From IMG/VR virus record IMGVR_UViG_3300017782_000009: 64,000 bases of DNA, one strand, 5' to 3'. Below, one piece after another: positions 1 through 10,600 of the stretch. The translations under genes were made by a program, and so were the position numbers. Positions within the stretch are counted from its first letter, which is position 1. Every line of letters starts with the position of its first letter. The stretch comes from an uncultured virus (IMG/VR IMGVR_UViG_3300017782_000009) (lineage: Duplodnaviria > Heunggongvirae > Uroviricota > Caudoviricetes). The notes beneath the pieces are model-generated. The model did not search any database, had not been told where the DNA came from, and saw only the letters and a list, made by a program, of their open reading frames with translations.

Positions 1-2
1 CA

Positions 3-1346
3 ATTACAGCAAATAGATTTAGTACCGGAGATATATTAATTGATGATAACTTTATCACAACTACTACATCAAATAGTGATTTAGAATTACGTGCAAATGG
101 CACAGGTGAAGTAATAGTACCAAGCAATAATGTTGAAATTACTGGTGACACTACAGTTGGCGGCACAACAGACTTACAAGGCGACACTAGTATTACAGGC
201 ACAGTTACACATATTGGTAACTTATCACAAACTGGAAACTTTAATATTAATGGAAGTTTAACTGTTACTGGTGACTTAGATGTTTCCGGAGCATTCCAAT
301 TTGAAGAAATATTAATTGATGATAATATTATTACAACTACATCATCAAACGCAAATTTAGAACTTCAAGCAGCTGGTACTGGCGAAGTGATAATACCAGA
401 TGCTGATGTTGATATTACAAATAATTTAACAGTAGGCGGATCATTAACAGTTGGTGATGTTGTAAGTACAGGAACTATACAAGCAAATAACTTTACTACT
501 GGTGACATATTAATTGACGATAACTTTATTACAACCACAACATCAAATAGTGATTTAGAATTACGTACTAGTGGTACAGGAAGCATTGTACTAGATGATA
601 TTAATGTAATAGATTCAACAATATCTAGTTCTTCAAACATAACTTTAACTCCAAACACTGAGCTAGTTATAATTGATGCAACCGGCGCTGTTCAACTACC
701 AAAAGGCTCCACAAGTCAACGTCCAACCGGAGTAACAGGTCAAATACGATATAATACAGAAATTGGAAGATACGAAGGGTATACTCCAAATGGATGGATT
801 AAGTTAAACGGTGTTGAAGACCAAGACGGAGACACTAATGTAACAGCAGAGTTATCCCCAGGTGCAAATGATAATATTATTAGGTTTAATGTTGCAGGAA
901 GTACTATAGCAAGCGTTGATAGCACAAAATTAGATGCTAATTTAATAACCGTAGATGACATCCAACTTGATGGAAATGTGATAAGTACTATTACTAATAA
1001 TACTGATCTACAACTAACAGGCAACGGCACAGGCGGCATCAACATTGAAAACTTTAAGTTTACTGACAATACATTAACCAACGTTACACCAAATGGTGTG
1101 ACAACTATTGTAAGTACTAATCAAGGATATGTTGATTTTTCAGACCCATACGGGGTTGTTATTCCAGTAGGAAATAACACAGAAAGACCCACAGGGGTTA
1201 CAGGAATGATAAGGTTTAATACCGAAGACCTTAGAGTTGAAATGTATGACGGAAGTAATTGGATATCGGTAGCAGGTGCATCAGGCGGTATTAGTTATGC
1301 GGATGCAGAAGACATAGCAATAGAAAAAGTATTAATATTTGGATAA
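3..1346 (+). CDS. Tail fibre-like virion protein, 5'-partial (frame open from the window start; the ORF-track start at 387 is internal)
   Basis: Frame 3 reads ITANRFSTGDILIDDNF... with no stop to 1346. It has repeated 'ILIDDN(F/I)ITTTTSNSDLELRxxGTG' units and two 'PxGxTxQ/ERP-GxxGxIRxNT' motifs typical of large myovirus fibres. Confidence 0.75.
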   Translation: MTANRFSTGDILIDDNFITTTTSNSDLELRANGTGEVIVPSNNVEITGDTTVGGTTDLQGDTSITGTVTHIGNLSQTGNFNINGSLTVTGDLDVSGAFQFEEILIDDNIITTTSSNANLELQAAGTGEVIIPDADVDITNNLTVGGSLTVGDVVSTGTIQANNFTTGDILIDDNFITTTTSNSDLELRTSGTGSIVLDDINVIDSTISSSSNITLTPNTELVIIDATGAVQLPKGSTSQRPTGVTGQIRYNTEIGRYEGYTPNGWIKLNGVEDQDGDTNVTAELSPGANDNIIRFNVAGSTIASVDSTKLDANLITVDDIQLDGNVISTITNNTDLQLTGNGTGGINIENFKFTDNTLTNVTPNGVTTIVSTNQGYVDFSDPYGVVIPVGNNTERPTGVTGMIRFNTEDLRVEMYDGSNWISVAGASGGISYADAEDIAIEKVLIFG

Positions 1347-1352
1347 AAGAGA

Positions 1353-1682
1353 ATGGCAACAACACTTAAGAATACAGTTATAAAACAATGTGGTACACAA
1401 CCTGTACTTATATATGAAACACAACCTGGGAACAGAGTTACTGTTTTAGGAATAAGTTTTACAAACCTAACTGACAAATTTGTTTACGTTGATGTGCTAG
1501 TTGAAGACGATACTAGTGTAAGTGGTTATTATTTAAAAGATAGTATCCTACCAGCAGGAACAAGTTTAAGAGCTGTTTCAACTGGTGAAAAATTAGTGTT
1601 AGCCCCTAGCAATAGACTTTTAGTTAGATCAAGTTTAGATGATTCAGTTGATGTTATTGTTAGTTACGTGGAGATAACATAA
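1353..1682 (+). CDS. Small beta-rich virion/fibre-associated protein, resembling 16058..16378
   Basis: 109-aa ORF directly after a fibre gene, ending VDVIVSYVEIT (compare VSVVVYGIETS of 16058). Confidence 0.6.
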   Translation: MATTLKNTVIKQCGTQPVLIYETQPGNRVTVLGISFTNLTDKFVYVDVLVEDDTSVSGYYLKDSILPAGTSLRAVSTGEKLVLAPSNRLLVRSSLDDSVDVIVSYVEIT

Positions 1683-2092
1683 TGGCATATTATATAGGAA
1701 CAACACCACAAGACGTCCTAGATGGATTTATAAAAAGATATTTTTACGGTCTTCGTAGAAATAATGATGGAGAACTATTTTTTGTAGTAGTTGATCAACT
1801 TAGGGGCGGAGACGAAAATGTTGTCATTGTTAATGATTTGGGCATTGCTTCGGAAAATTATCCGGATTTTGAAGAAGGTATTGACTTCTTAGATGGCATT
1901 GATGCTAACCATGACATAGTATATCCTAATGTTAGGTATCCACAATTTAAATGGGAAAATAGATCATTACTGTATTATATAGAACCAGAAACAGGATTTT
2001 TTGTACAACGCATATCAGAAGCATACGATTATCCAACTGGAGTATCAACAGTAGCATACGGCGAAGGCCAAGATGAAAACGTAATTGATTAA
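1682..2092 (+). CDS. Hypothetical virion-associated protein
   Basis: 136 aa, TAATG stop/start coupling, GGAG Shine-Dalgarno (SD) upstream. Confidence 0.6.
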   Translation: MAYYIGTTPQDVLDGFIKRYFYGLRRNNDGELFFVVVDQLRGGDENVVIVNDLGIASENYPDFEEGIDFLDGIDANHDIVYPNVRYPQFKWENRSLLYYIEPETGFFVQRISEAYDYPTGVSTVAYGEGQDENVID

Positions 2093-2103
2093 GGGAATGA
2101 ATA

Positions 2104-5100
2104 ATGGCAGAGTTTAAGTTAGATAGATTTAAGTATAATTGGAGAGGTGACTGGGCAACTGGTACTGACTACAAACGTGATGACGTTGTTCGTGTAAACG
2201 GATTTAGTTATGTTTGTATAATATCACACACTGGTTCAGCACTATTTGCAACAGACTTAAACGCTATTTTACCTGATAGTAATCCTCCACAACCACAGCC
2301 AAAATGGGTTGTGATGACAGCAAGTAAATCATTTGTTGGAGACTGGGCACCGGGTACATCATATAACGTAGGTGATATTGTTTTGTTTGGTGGAACAGTT
2401 TGGGATTGTACTGTGGCACATACAGCATCACAGTTTCAAACCGATATAGCAAAATGGGCTGTCTTTACTAAACATATTAAATTTGATGCTCAGTGGGAAG
2501 CAGGTACAGAATACGGACATGGCGATATTGTAAAATATGGCGGCAATCTTTGGAAATGTTTAACTTCACATTCAGCACAAGGTAAATTAGAAGATAACCA
2601 AAATGATTGGCAAGAGTACCATGTAGGGCAAGAATATAGAAATGCTTGGCTACCAAGTACAGAATACAGAATTAATGATATTGTAAAATACGGCGGCTCA
2701 TTATTTAAGTGTATAGAATCTCATACATCAAATATTAGCGAATTAGAAGATGACAAGTTTTCAATATTTGCATTTGGTACACAATTTGACGGAGAGTGGA
2801 ATAGTACTACCCAGTATAATATTGGTGATGTAGTAAGATACGGCGGAACATCATACTATGCAATTACAAATAACATTGAATCAGATCCGTCAAGAATTGT
2901 AAGAGGACTTTCTTCAGGAGAAGATAGTACTAACGACTGGTTGATATTATCTAAAGGATATCAATTTGTAGGCGAGTGGAGTTTATCAAAAGAATTTAAA
3001 ACTGGAGATATTACACAACGTGGCGGTAACGTATACGTTGCTCTAAGAGATGTTAATATTAACGACGGAGACGAAAGTTCGTTAACTTACTTAGACACAG
3101 AAGTTTGGGAAAAAATTATTCCAGGTAAAGACTTCAAAGCACCTTGGGGAACAGGAAATTATTATTCAGTTGGTGATATAGTTTATCATTTAGGTACAGC
3201 ATATGTTTGTAACTATGAGCATATGTCAGATGGTGAAAATTATCCAGGAGACAACGGAAACATATATGCATACTGGGACATTTTAATCCAAGCAGGTGAT
3301 GAAGGCGGATTACACGACAAAGGTGACTTACTTACGTTTGGGTTATCACGAACAGGCGCCGGCGACGGAAGTACACTTGGAGATACTCGTGTACAAATTG
3401 GTGAAAAAGAAAATGTTTTGTCAATTACAGAAGAACAAGAAATATTTTGGAGAACGTTTACTGCTGACTCAGATGTAATTTATGTTGCTCCGTATGGTAT
3501 CAATGACGCATTTCCAGGTAGAGGTAGAAGTGCAGAATTACCATTTAGAACAGTTAGATATGCTTGCGAATTTATTGAAGATAATTTTGCTCCGCTATCA
3601 CCGACTAAAGTTGCTGTTGCAACAGGAAACTATGATGAAATAGGGCCAATTATTGTGCCTGCTGGTTGTGTAGTTATGGGAGATGAATTAAGATCAACAA
3701 CTATTACAGCAACGCCGGCAATTTCAGAATACGCATACAATCCAGTTACTGATACAGGTGACTATGTACACGTTAAAGAATACATTACGCATATTTCGTC
3801 ATTCATATTTGATTTAATATCTAACAATACAGTTAGTAATACAGCAGGGAATACTTTAACACCAATAAGAAATATTGATCCATCTAATCTTGAAGCTTCG
3901 AATAGAATAATTGCATTATTAGATGACTTTAAAAATTATATAGAATTTTACATTGCGTCTGAAGATAATAATCCAACACTTTCAGGATCAAACACATTAT
4001 CAGTAGTAGACGGAATGGTTGAAGCAGCAAATCAGTTAAGAATAAACTTAGAATGGATACAAGCAGAAATTTATGCTTTCTTAGATCTTACATATGACAA
4101 TCTTGATAAAGTAAGATTATACGATGATATTAATTCTTTAATTAGAGGTGTTGCAAGAGATCTTCAGTTTTCAGGAAACTACGGAACTTTACAAGCAGCT
4201 AGAAGATATTCAAATGCAGTTAATGGTTCGTTTTTAGATGACTTATTTCTCCTTAGAGATACAACAGGCCTTAGGAACTTAACAACCAAAGGACTTACTG
4301 GAACACTAAATCCTCCAGGCGTATTTGACTTGTATCAACGTCCAACAGGCGGTGCATGTACAAGTTTAGATCCAGGTTGGGGACCAGCAGACGAACGTAC
4401 ATGGATCATGCAAAGATCACCTTACATACAGGGTGTAACTAATATCGGCGGAGCATGTGTTGGTAAAAAAGTTGATGGATCTTATCACAACGGTGGTAAT
4501 AAGTCAATGGTTAGTAATGACTTTACACAAGTACTAAGTGACGGTATTGGAGCATGGGTAAGTAACGGCGCAAGAGCTGAGCTTGTATCAGTGTTTACAT
4601 ATTATTGCTCAGTTGGATATTTTGCAGAAGATGGCGGAACTATACGTGCAACTAACGGTAATAACTCATACGGAAGTTGGGGAGCGATTGCTGACGGAAA
4701 TGATCCTGCAGAAACTCCTGATACATGCTCTGTATGGAACAGAAATAATGAAGCACTAGTAGCATCAGCATTTATTGGTGGCTCAACTGACGAAGTAAAA
4801 CTATTTGAATATTCACACGCTGGTCAACATTATACAAACGCTACAGCAAGTGTTGTAGGTGCAGGCGCAAGTCTTAACACCCAATACGACGACTTTAGAG
4901 ACTTAGCAATAAGCCAAGTTCGTCTTATTAACACTACTGGATCAGGATCAGAAGGTGGTAGTAACTATTTGGTTAGACAGGGTTTTGCACAGGTAACAGC
5001 AGACGCTAGTTCAACAATTAAAATATCTAACGCAGATCCAACACAATTTTTAAGTGAAATTGCTGGTATGAGAATAGTTATTATTTCTGGACCAGCAACA

Positions 5101-7620
5101 GGACAATATGGTTACATTGACTCGTATAGTGTTATTTCAAAAGAAATTGGAGTTAAGAGAGAATCAGACGATCAAGATGGATGGGATCATGTTACTCCAG
5201 GAACAGCATTAGCTGCGGCTTTTGATTCAACAACACAATACAGAATAGAACCTCGAGTTGAAGTAACATCACCAAGTCTTTCAAGTAATTCATATGACAT
5301 AACGAATGCAAGAACATTCACAGATGTAGCAGAAGGCGGAACCAGTGTAACATATCAAAATATCACTATTGGGTTAGGTACTGGTGCAGTTGAAGGAATT
5401 GATCAAGCAAGTGCTGTATATCGAATATTAAGAACTGGTAAAGTATATACACCAACTTTGATTGAAGGCGGCGCAGGCTATGCTCCAGGAGATGTAATAA
5501 CAATTTCAGGAGACCAGTTAGGCGGCACATCACCTGATAACGATTTAATTGTTACAGTACTAACAGTAACAGATGATAGTACTAACTCAATACTTACAGC
5601 ATCATTTAGTGGTATAGGTAGAGAGCCAAGACTAGTTGCTTGTGCTGATCCTAACTATATAGCATATAGTGATAATGCAGGACAAACATGGACAGAAACA
5701 ACACATGACGTTACAGGAGTAAACTTTCATACTGTAGTTGCAGGAGATAATAAATTTATTGCAGTTGCAGGACAATCAAATCAATATGTATTCTCATTAA
5801 CAGGCGAAAGTTGGACAACAAGATCATTTCCAGGCGCAAACAATTGGTTGCATGCCACATACGGAGGAGGCAAGTTTGTTGTTTGTACAGCAGCATATGC
5901 TAACTTCTTATACAGCGATGATGGACTAACATGGACAGAGACACCACACGGTGGAGCTGTATCAGCATTTGCTAAAGTAGCATATGGGCAAGGAAAATTT
6001 GTAAGTGTAAGTAATGAAGATAGAGCTGTTACAATTTCGTCAGACGGAATAACTTGGAATAGAGTTAATGATAAACTTCCTGCAGAATTTGCAACAGTTA
6101 ATGCAATAGAATTTTGTGGATTTGCTTATGGTGATAACAGATTTGTAGGCATAACTGAAAGTGGAAAAACATGCTTTTCTGTAGACGAAGGTGAGACATG
6201 GGTGTTAGGTGGCGATGTTCCACAAAACGGTGGCAGTACATTAGTTTATACAGATTTGAAATACGGTAACGGTGTTTGGATGGCTACTGCAACAGACGGT
6301 GTTGCTGGTCCTACAAACTTAGTTGCTACAACACAAGACGGAATAACTTGGAACCAATATAATTTAGATGCATCACAACCTTGGGGAACACTAGCATATA
6401 CTAGTAATGGTAATGAACCAAGATTTGTTATTTTAGGAAATCAAGCAACAGGTAACGGAACTGTACAAGCAAGAACTGGCGCAAAAGCAATATTAAGAGC
6501 AGATGTAAAACAAGGTAAAATTACACAGTTTAAAATATGGAATCCAGGCGGTGGATATGCTAGTGCTCCAACAGTAACTATTACAGATAATCAGTTTATA
6601 TCAGAAGCAGAACCTCAAGTAAGACTTAGTAACGGCGTTCTTGCTCAACCAACATTTAATAATAGGGGAGCAGGTTATAGAACTAACTCAACAGATATAA
6701 CAATAACAGGTGACGGTTATGCTGATATTATTGAACAAGGAAATAAACTAACACTAGCAGGGGTAGATGTTGTTCCTGGACCAGGAGTACAAATTAGAAT
6801 AAACGGAATTTTAGACGAATTAACTGAAGTACCAGATGACTTAAAACTTTACAATGGTGTTAAGGCAACAGACTTAGGCGATGACGGTTCTGGTAATGGA
6901 ACACGATTAGTTGAATTCCAGATAAGTCCTAACTTAGAAAATACTGACAACTTACAACACGGGACAGTAGTAGAATTAAGAAGTAAGTATAGTCAGTGTA
7001 GAATTACAGGTCACGACTTCCTAGACATTGGTACAGGCGGCTTTGCAGACACAAACTATCCAGGATTATACTCAGACGGAAACTACTTTGTAAGTGCTCC
7101 TGAAAATGAAGTATATGAAACTAATGGAGGTAGAGTATTCTACACAAGTACAGACCAAGATGGTAACTTTAGAACAGGTGAATTATTTGCTGTTAATCAG
7201 GCAACTGGTATCGTTACAATTAGTGCCCAGTTCTTTGATTTAGATGGTCTATCAGAGTTATCACTAGGCGGAGTTAGATTAGGTGGTTCTGGAACAAGTG
7301 TTCAAGAATTTAGTACAGACCCAACTATGAGTGCAGATTCAAATAACGTAATACCAACCCAAAGAGCTATTGCAACATTCTTAGCAGATAGATTATCAGT
7401 GGGTGGTGAAGATCTCCAAACTAACTTGTTGCAAGCAGGTAATGTGCAACTTGGTGGAGAGGACAATAAGATTGATATGAACAACGATGAAATCTTACAA
7501 TTTAGACGTCCTGTAGACTTCTCAGGACTACAAGCCGACGGCATTACACCAGCCGGAATTGGTGGAACAATACTTTCTCAAATGTTGTTAGTAAGGTCAG
7601 ACAATGATACCGTACAATAA
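2104..7620 (+). CDS. Giant virion adhesin/fibre protein A (1838 aa)
   Basis: N-terminal repeats 'W..G(T)xY..GD(I/V)VxYGGxx(Y/W)xC...H' resemble CBM5/12. The central region is beta-helix-like, followed by Asp-box repeats (SDDGLTW, SSDGITW, TQDGITW). Paralogous to 7668..16040. Confidence 0.75.
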   Translation: MAEFKLDRFKYNWRGDWATGTDYKRDDVVRVNGFSYVCIISHTGSALFATDLNAILPDSNPPQPQPKWVVMTASKSFVGDWAPGTSYNVGDIVLFGGTVWDCTVAHTASQFQTDIAKWAVFTKHIKFDAQWEAGTEYGHGDIVKYGGNLWKCLTSHSAQGKLEDNQNDWQEYHVGQEYRNAWLPSTEYRINDIVKYGGSLFKCIESHTSNISELEDDKFSIFAFGTQFDGEWNSTTQYNIGDVVRYGGTSYYAITNNIESDPSRIVRGLSSGEDSTNDWLILSKGYQFVGEWSLSKEFKTGDITQRGGNVYVALRDVNINDGDESSLTYLDTEVWEKIIPGKDFKAPWGTGNYYSVGDIVYHLGTAYVCNYEHMSDGENYPGDNGNIYAYWDILIQAGDEGGLHDKGDLLTFGLSRTGAGDGSTLGDTRVQIGEKENVLSITEEQEIFWRTFTADSDVIYVAPYGINDAFPGRGRSAELPFRTVRYACEFIEDNFAPLSPTKVAVATGNYDEIGPIIVPAGCVVMGDELRSTTITATPAISEYAYNPVTDTGDYVHVKEYITHISSFIFDLISNNTVSNTAGNTLTPIRNIDPSNLEASNRIIALLDDFKNYIEFYIASEDNNPTLSGSNTLSVVDGMVEAANQLRINLEWIQAEIYAFLDLTYDNLDKVRLYDDINSLIRGVARDLQFSGNYGTLQAARRYSNAVNGSFLDDLFLLRDTTGLRNLTTKGLTGTLNPPGVFDLYQRPTGGACTSLDPGWGPADERTWIMQRSPYIQGVTNIGGACVGKKVDGSYHNGGNKSMVSNDFTQVLSDGIGAWVSNGARAELVSVFTYYCSVGYFAEDGGTIRATNGNNSYGSWGAIADGNDPAETPDTCSVWNRNNEALVASAFIGGSTDEVKLFEYSHAGQHYTNATASVVGAGASLNTQYDDFRDLAISQVRLINTTGSGSEGGSNYLVRQGFAQVTADASSTIKISNADPTQFLSEIAGMRIVIISGPATGQYGYIDSYSVISKEIGVKRESDDQDGWDHVTPGTALAAAFDSTTQYRIEPRVEVTSPSLSSNSYDITNARTFTDVAEGGTSVTYQNITIGLGTGAVEGIDQASAVYRILRTGKVYTPTLIEGGAGYAPGDVITISGDQLGGTSPDNDLIVTVLTVTDDSTNSILTASFSGIGREPRLVACADPNYIAYSDNAGQTWTETTHDVTGVNFHTVVAGDNKFIAVAGQSNQYVFSLTGESWTTRSFPGANNWLHATYGGGKFVVCTAAYANFLYSDDGLTWTETPHGGAVSAFAKVAYGQGKFVSVSNEDRAVTISSDGITWNRVNDKLPAEFATVNAIEFCGFAYGDNRFVGITESGKTCFSVDEGETWVLGGDVPQNGGSTLVYTDLKYGNGVWMATATDGVAGPTNLVATTQDGITWNQYNLDASQPWGTLAYTSNGNEPRFVILGNQATGNGTVQARTGAKAILRADVKQGKITQFKIWNPGGGYASAPTVTITDNQFISEAEPQVRLSNGVLAQPTFNNRGAGYRTNSTDITITGDGYADIIEQGNKLTLAGVDVVPGPGVQIRINGILDELTEVPDDLKLYNGVKATDLGDDGSGNGTRLVEFQISPNLENTDNLQHGTVVELRSKYSQCRITGHDFLDIGTGGFADTNYPGLYSDGNYFVSAPENEVYETNGGRVFYTSTDQDGNFRTGELFAVNQATGIVTISAQFFDLDGLSELSLGGVRLGGSGTSVQEFSTDPTMSADSNNVIPTQRAIATFLADRLSVGGEDLQTNLLQAGNVQLGGEDNKIDMNNDEILQFRRPVDFSGLQADGITPAGIGGTILSQMLLVRSDNDTVQ

Positions 7621-7640
7621 CCAGGAAAATTATTTAATGA

Positions 7641-7646
7641 TAAATA
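7641..7646 (+). promoter_or_regulatory. Late-promoter-like TAAATA box
   Basis: GATAAATA in the intergenic gap, then GGAG SD and the ATG at 7668; variant of the T4 late promoter TATAAATA. Confidence 0.6.
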
Positions 7647-7667
7647 CACTATACGGAGTAAAAACAA

Positions 7668-10600
7668 ATGGCAGAATTTAAACTAGGTAGAATTAGATTT
7701 GTTTGGAAAAACAACTGGGCTACCGGAACAACATACTATAAAGATGACGTTATTGCGTTTGGCGGTAAGGTTTATATTTGTGTAGAAGGTCACAGCAGTG
7801 CTGCAGACTTTTTTACAGATCTAAATATAGTTCCAAGTAAATGGAACTTAGTAAGTGATGGTCAATCATGGTTAGGTGAATGGGCACACAGTACGTCATA
7901 CGTAAACAACAATATTGTAAAATATGGATCGAAGTTATATATCTGCCAAACTAATCATACTTCGACTGCAATATCTGGAACAGTAACAAGAGCTGTAACG
8001 GTTGCTGTAAATACACAATCTCCAGGTAACAATGTTTTTGTACTAGACGGAACACAGTATCCTAGTATACAATTCCAACACGGTAAAACATACGAATTTA
8101 CACAAGATGCTGCATCTAACGTAACACACCCATTGTTGTTTAGTACAACAAAGAACGGAACACACGGCGCCGGAACTGAATATATAACTGGCGTAAAATA
8201 TTATATTGACGGTGCAGAAGTAGTTGACGCAGCGGCATACATAGCTGCATTTGACACTGCAACAAATAGAAAGATAACAATAGAGCCAACAGCTTCTACT
8301 CCAGAAACACTTTACTACTATTGTTATAACCATTCTAATATGTCAATTGATTCAGAAATTGATATTATAAATTATGGTATCGAAGCAGACTTAGGTAACT
8401 GGCAAACATTTGCAGAAGGCTTAGACTGGAAAGGCAACTGGACTGCAGGATATCAATATAGAAACAACGATTTTGTAAAATATGGAGGAGCATCATATGT
8501 ATGTAAAACTCCACATACATCACAAGCAGCTGGACTAGAAACTGATCAAGCAAATTGGGAACTTTTAAACAAAGGATTTGATTATAGATCAGAATGGGTT
8601 GCAAGTAAAAAATATCTAGAAAACGATGTTGTACGTTATGGTGCAGGTCTTTGGATATCAATTGCTAACCACACTAGTAGCTCAGCATTTGCTACAGATT
8701 CTGCAAACTGGGAAAAGTTTGTTGAAGGATTTCAATATGAAGCTGAATGGACATGGGAAGGAAGTTACCAAACTGGTGACGTAGTACGTTATGGCGGTAA
8801 TCAATATATTGCTAAACAAGATAACACTGATAAGATTCCACCATTAGAACCAACTAACTGGGATCTATTTTCTGAAGGCTTTAAATTTATTGGCGACTGG
8901 GGAGCAGATAGTTCACAGTACGAACATAAAGTAGGTGATGTAGTTAGACTAGGCGGATTTACATATCGCTGTATTTTAGATCATCAAAATCAACAACCAC
9001 CAAATGCATTGTATTGGCAAAGACTAAACTCAGGCTTTGAGTGGAGAGGTGAATGGATTGATGAACAAGAATACTTTGAAGGCGATGTAGTACGTTACGG
9101 AGATAGTTCATATGTTTGTATACTTGGACACATATCAGAAGGTGATGACTACTCATCTGGTCAAGTAGGCGCACAAGGGTCTCGTCCAGATTTAGCAGAT
9201 AGTGGACAATATTGGTCAGCACTTGCAATTGGTACAGAACAGTCAGTATTAACAACTACAGGTGACTTAGTTTATTATAGCGGATCAGCACCAACAAGAT
9301 TGCCAATTGGTAAAGATGGACAAGTTTTACAAGTTAATGCAGACGCATTACCTGAATGGGCGTTCTTAGGTGCCTCAGAAGATGTTTACTATGTTGCAGA
9401 ACATGGTAAAGATCAACCAGCACCAATTTATGGACAATCGATTGATAGACCATTTAAAACTATTAAGTATGCAGCTCAGCAAGTTGAACAAGGTGCAAAA
9501 AATCCAGAAGCAGCAAAACTACTTGAACTAAACAGAAGATTTATTCAAAGAGAAATTGTTGAATGGACCGACTATCAAATTACAAATAATACAGCACCAT
9601 TTACATCTAGTTTTACATATGAGTCTAGTAAGTGTGAAAGAGATATGGGGCTTATTGTTGATGCTATTATTAATGATATTAAACATGGCGGTAATGTTCG
9701 TTCAAGAGAAGCAGCATTATCTTATGTAAATGAAACAGCAGGATCACCTTACTTAACACAAAAAGCAGAAACTGTTGCTAGTATTAATTATGGACTGACA
9801 GTAATTAACAATGTTCTTGCACAAGAAGATCCTAGTGTTAATTACCAAACAACAAACGGTGATAACTCAACAGCAGTTGTATCACAATACAAAGATGAGC
9901 TATTAGGCGCAGAGCTAGTTAATGCTGAAATTGCTGCAAACGTAAAAATTATTACTGATGCAATTACAGCGGGTGTTGATACTAATATTCCTGCAAGAGT
10001 TATAAACAATACATTAATTAAAGTTTCTACAGGAAGATATATTGAAGTTTTACCAATAATTGTTCCAGCAGAATGTTGTATTATAGGTGACGAACTTAGA
10101 GCTGTAACTGTTGAACCGAGAAAAGCAGATAACGCTGTGTTAACACCTAAAGGCGATTTTAAATATTCCTTCAAAGGACTTGAAAGAATGGCTAACATTA
10201 TTGGTGACGTTGTTACTGGACAAACAGTTACTCCGACAACAGGTAATACACAATCACAAAACCAAACATGGCCTTATGCTGAAACAACTGTAGTTGGACC
10301 AGAAGTAACACGTTTAGCAAGATCAATTAATGATAGAATTAATGTAGGATTGGGTGAAAAGAGAAACGGTAACTTACCTACATTCCATGCTATGTCAGAC
10401 ACAAGTGCTGGTCGTGCAAGAGATTTAGTATTAAGAAATAAAGAATTTATACAAGCAGAAACTGTTGCATATATTGCAGATCAATATCCAAACTTAAATT
10501 ACAGTAGAACTAAATGTAAACAAGATGTTGGACTTATACTTGACAGTATTGCATATGATTTAACATATGGCGGTAACTGGATGAGTGAAACTGCAGGACT

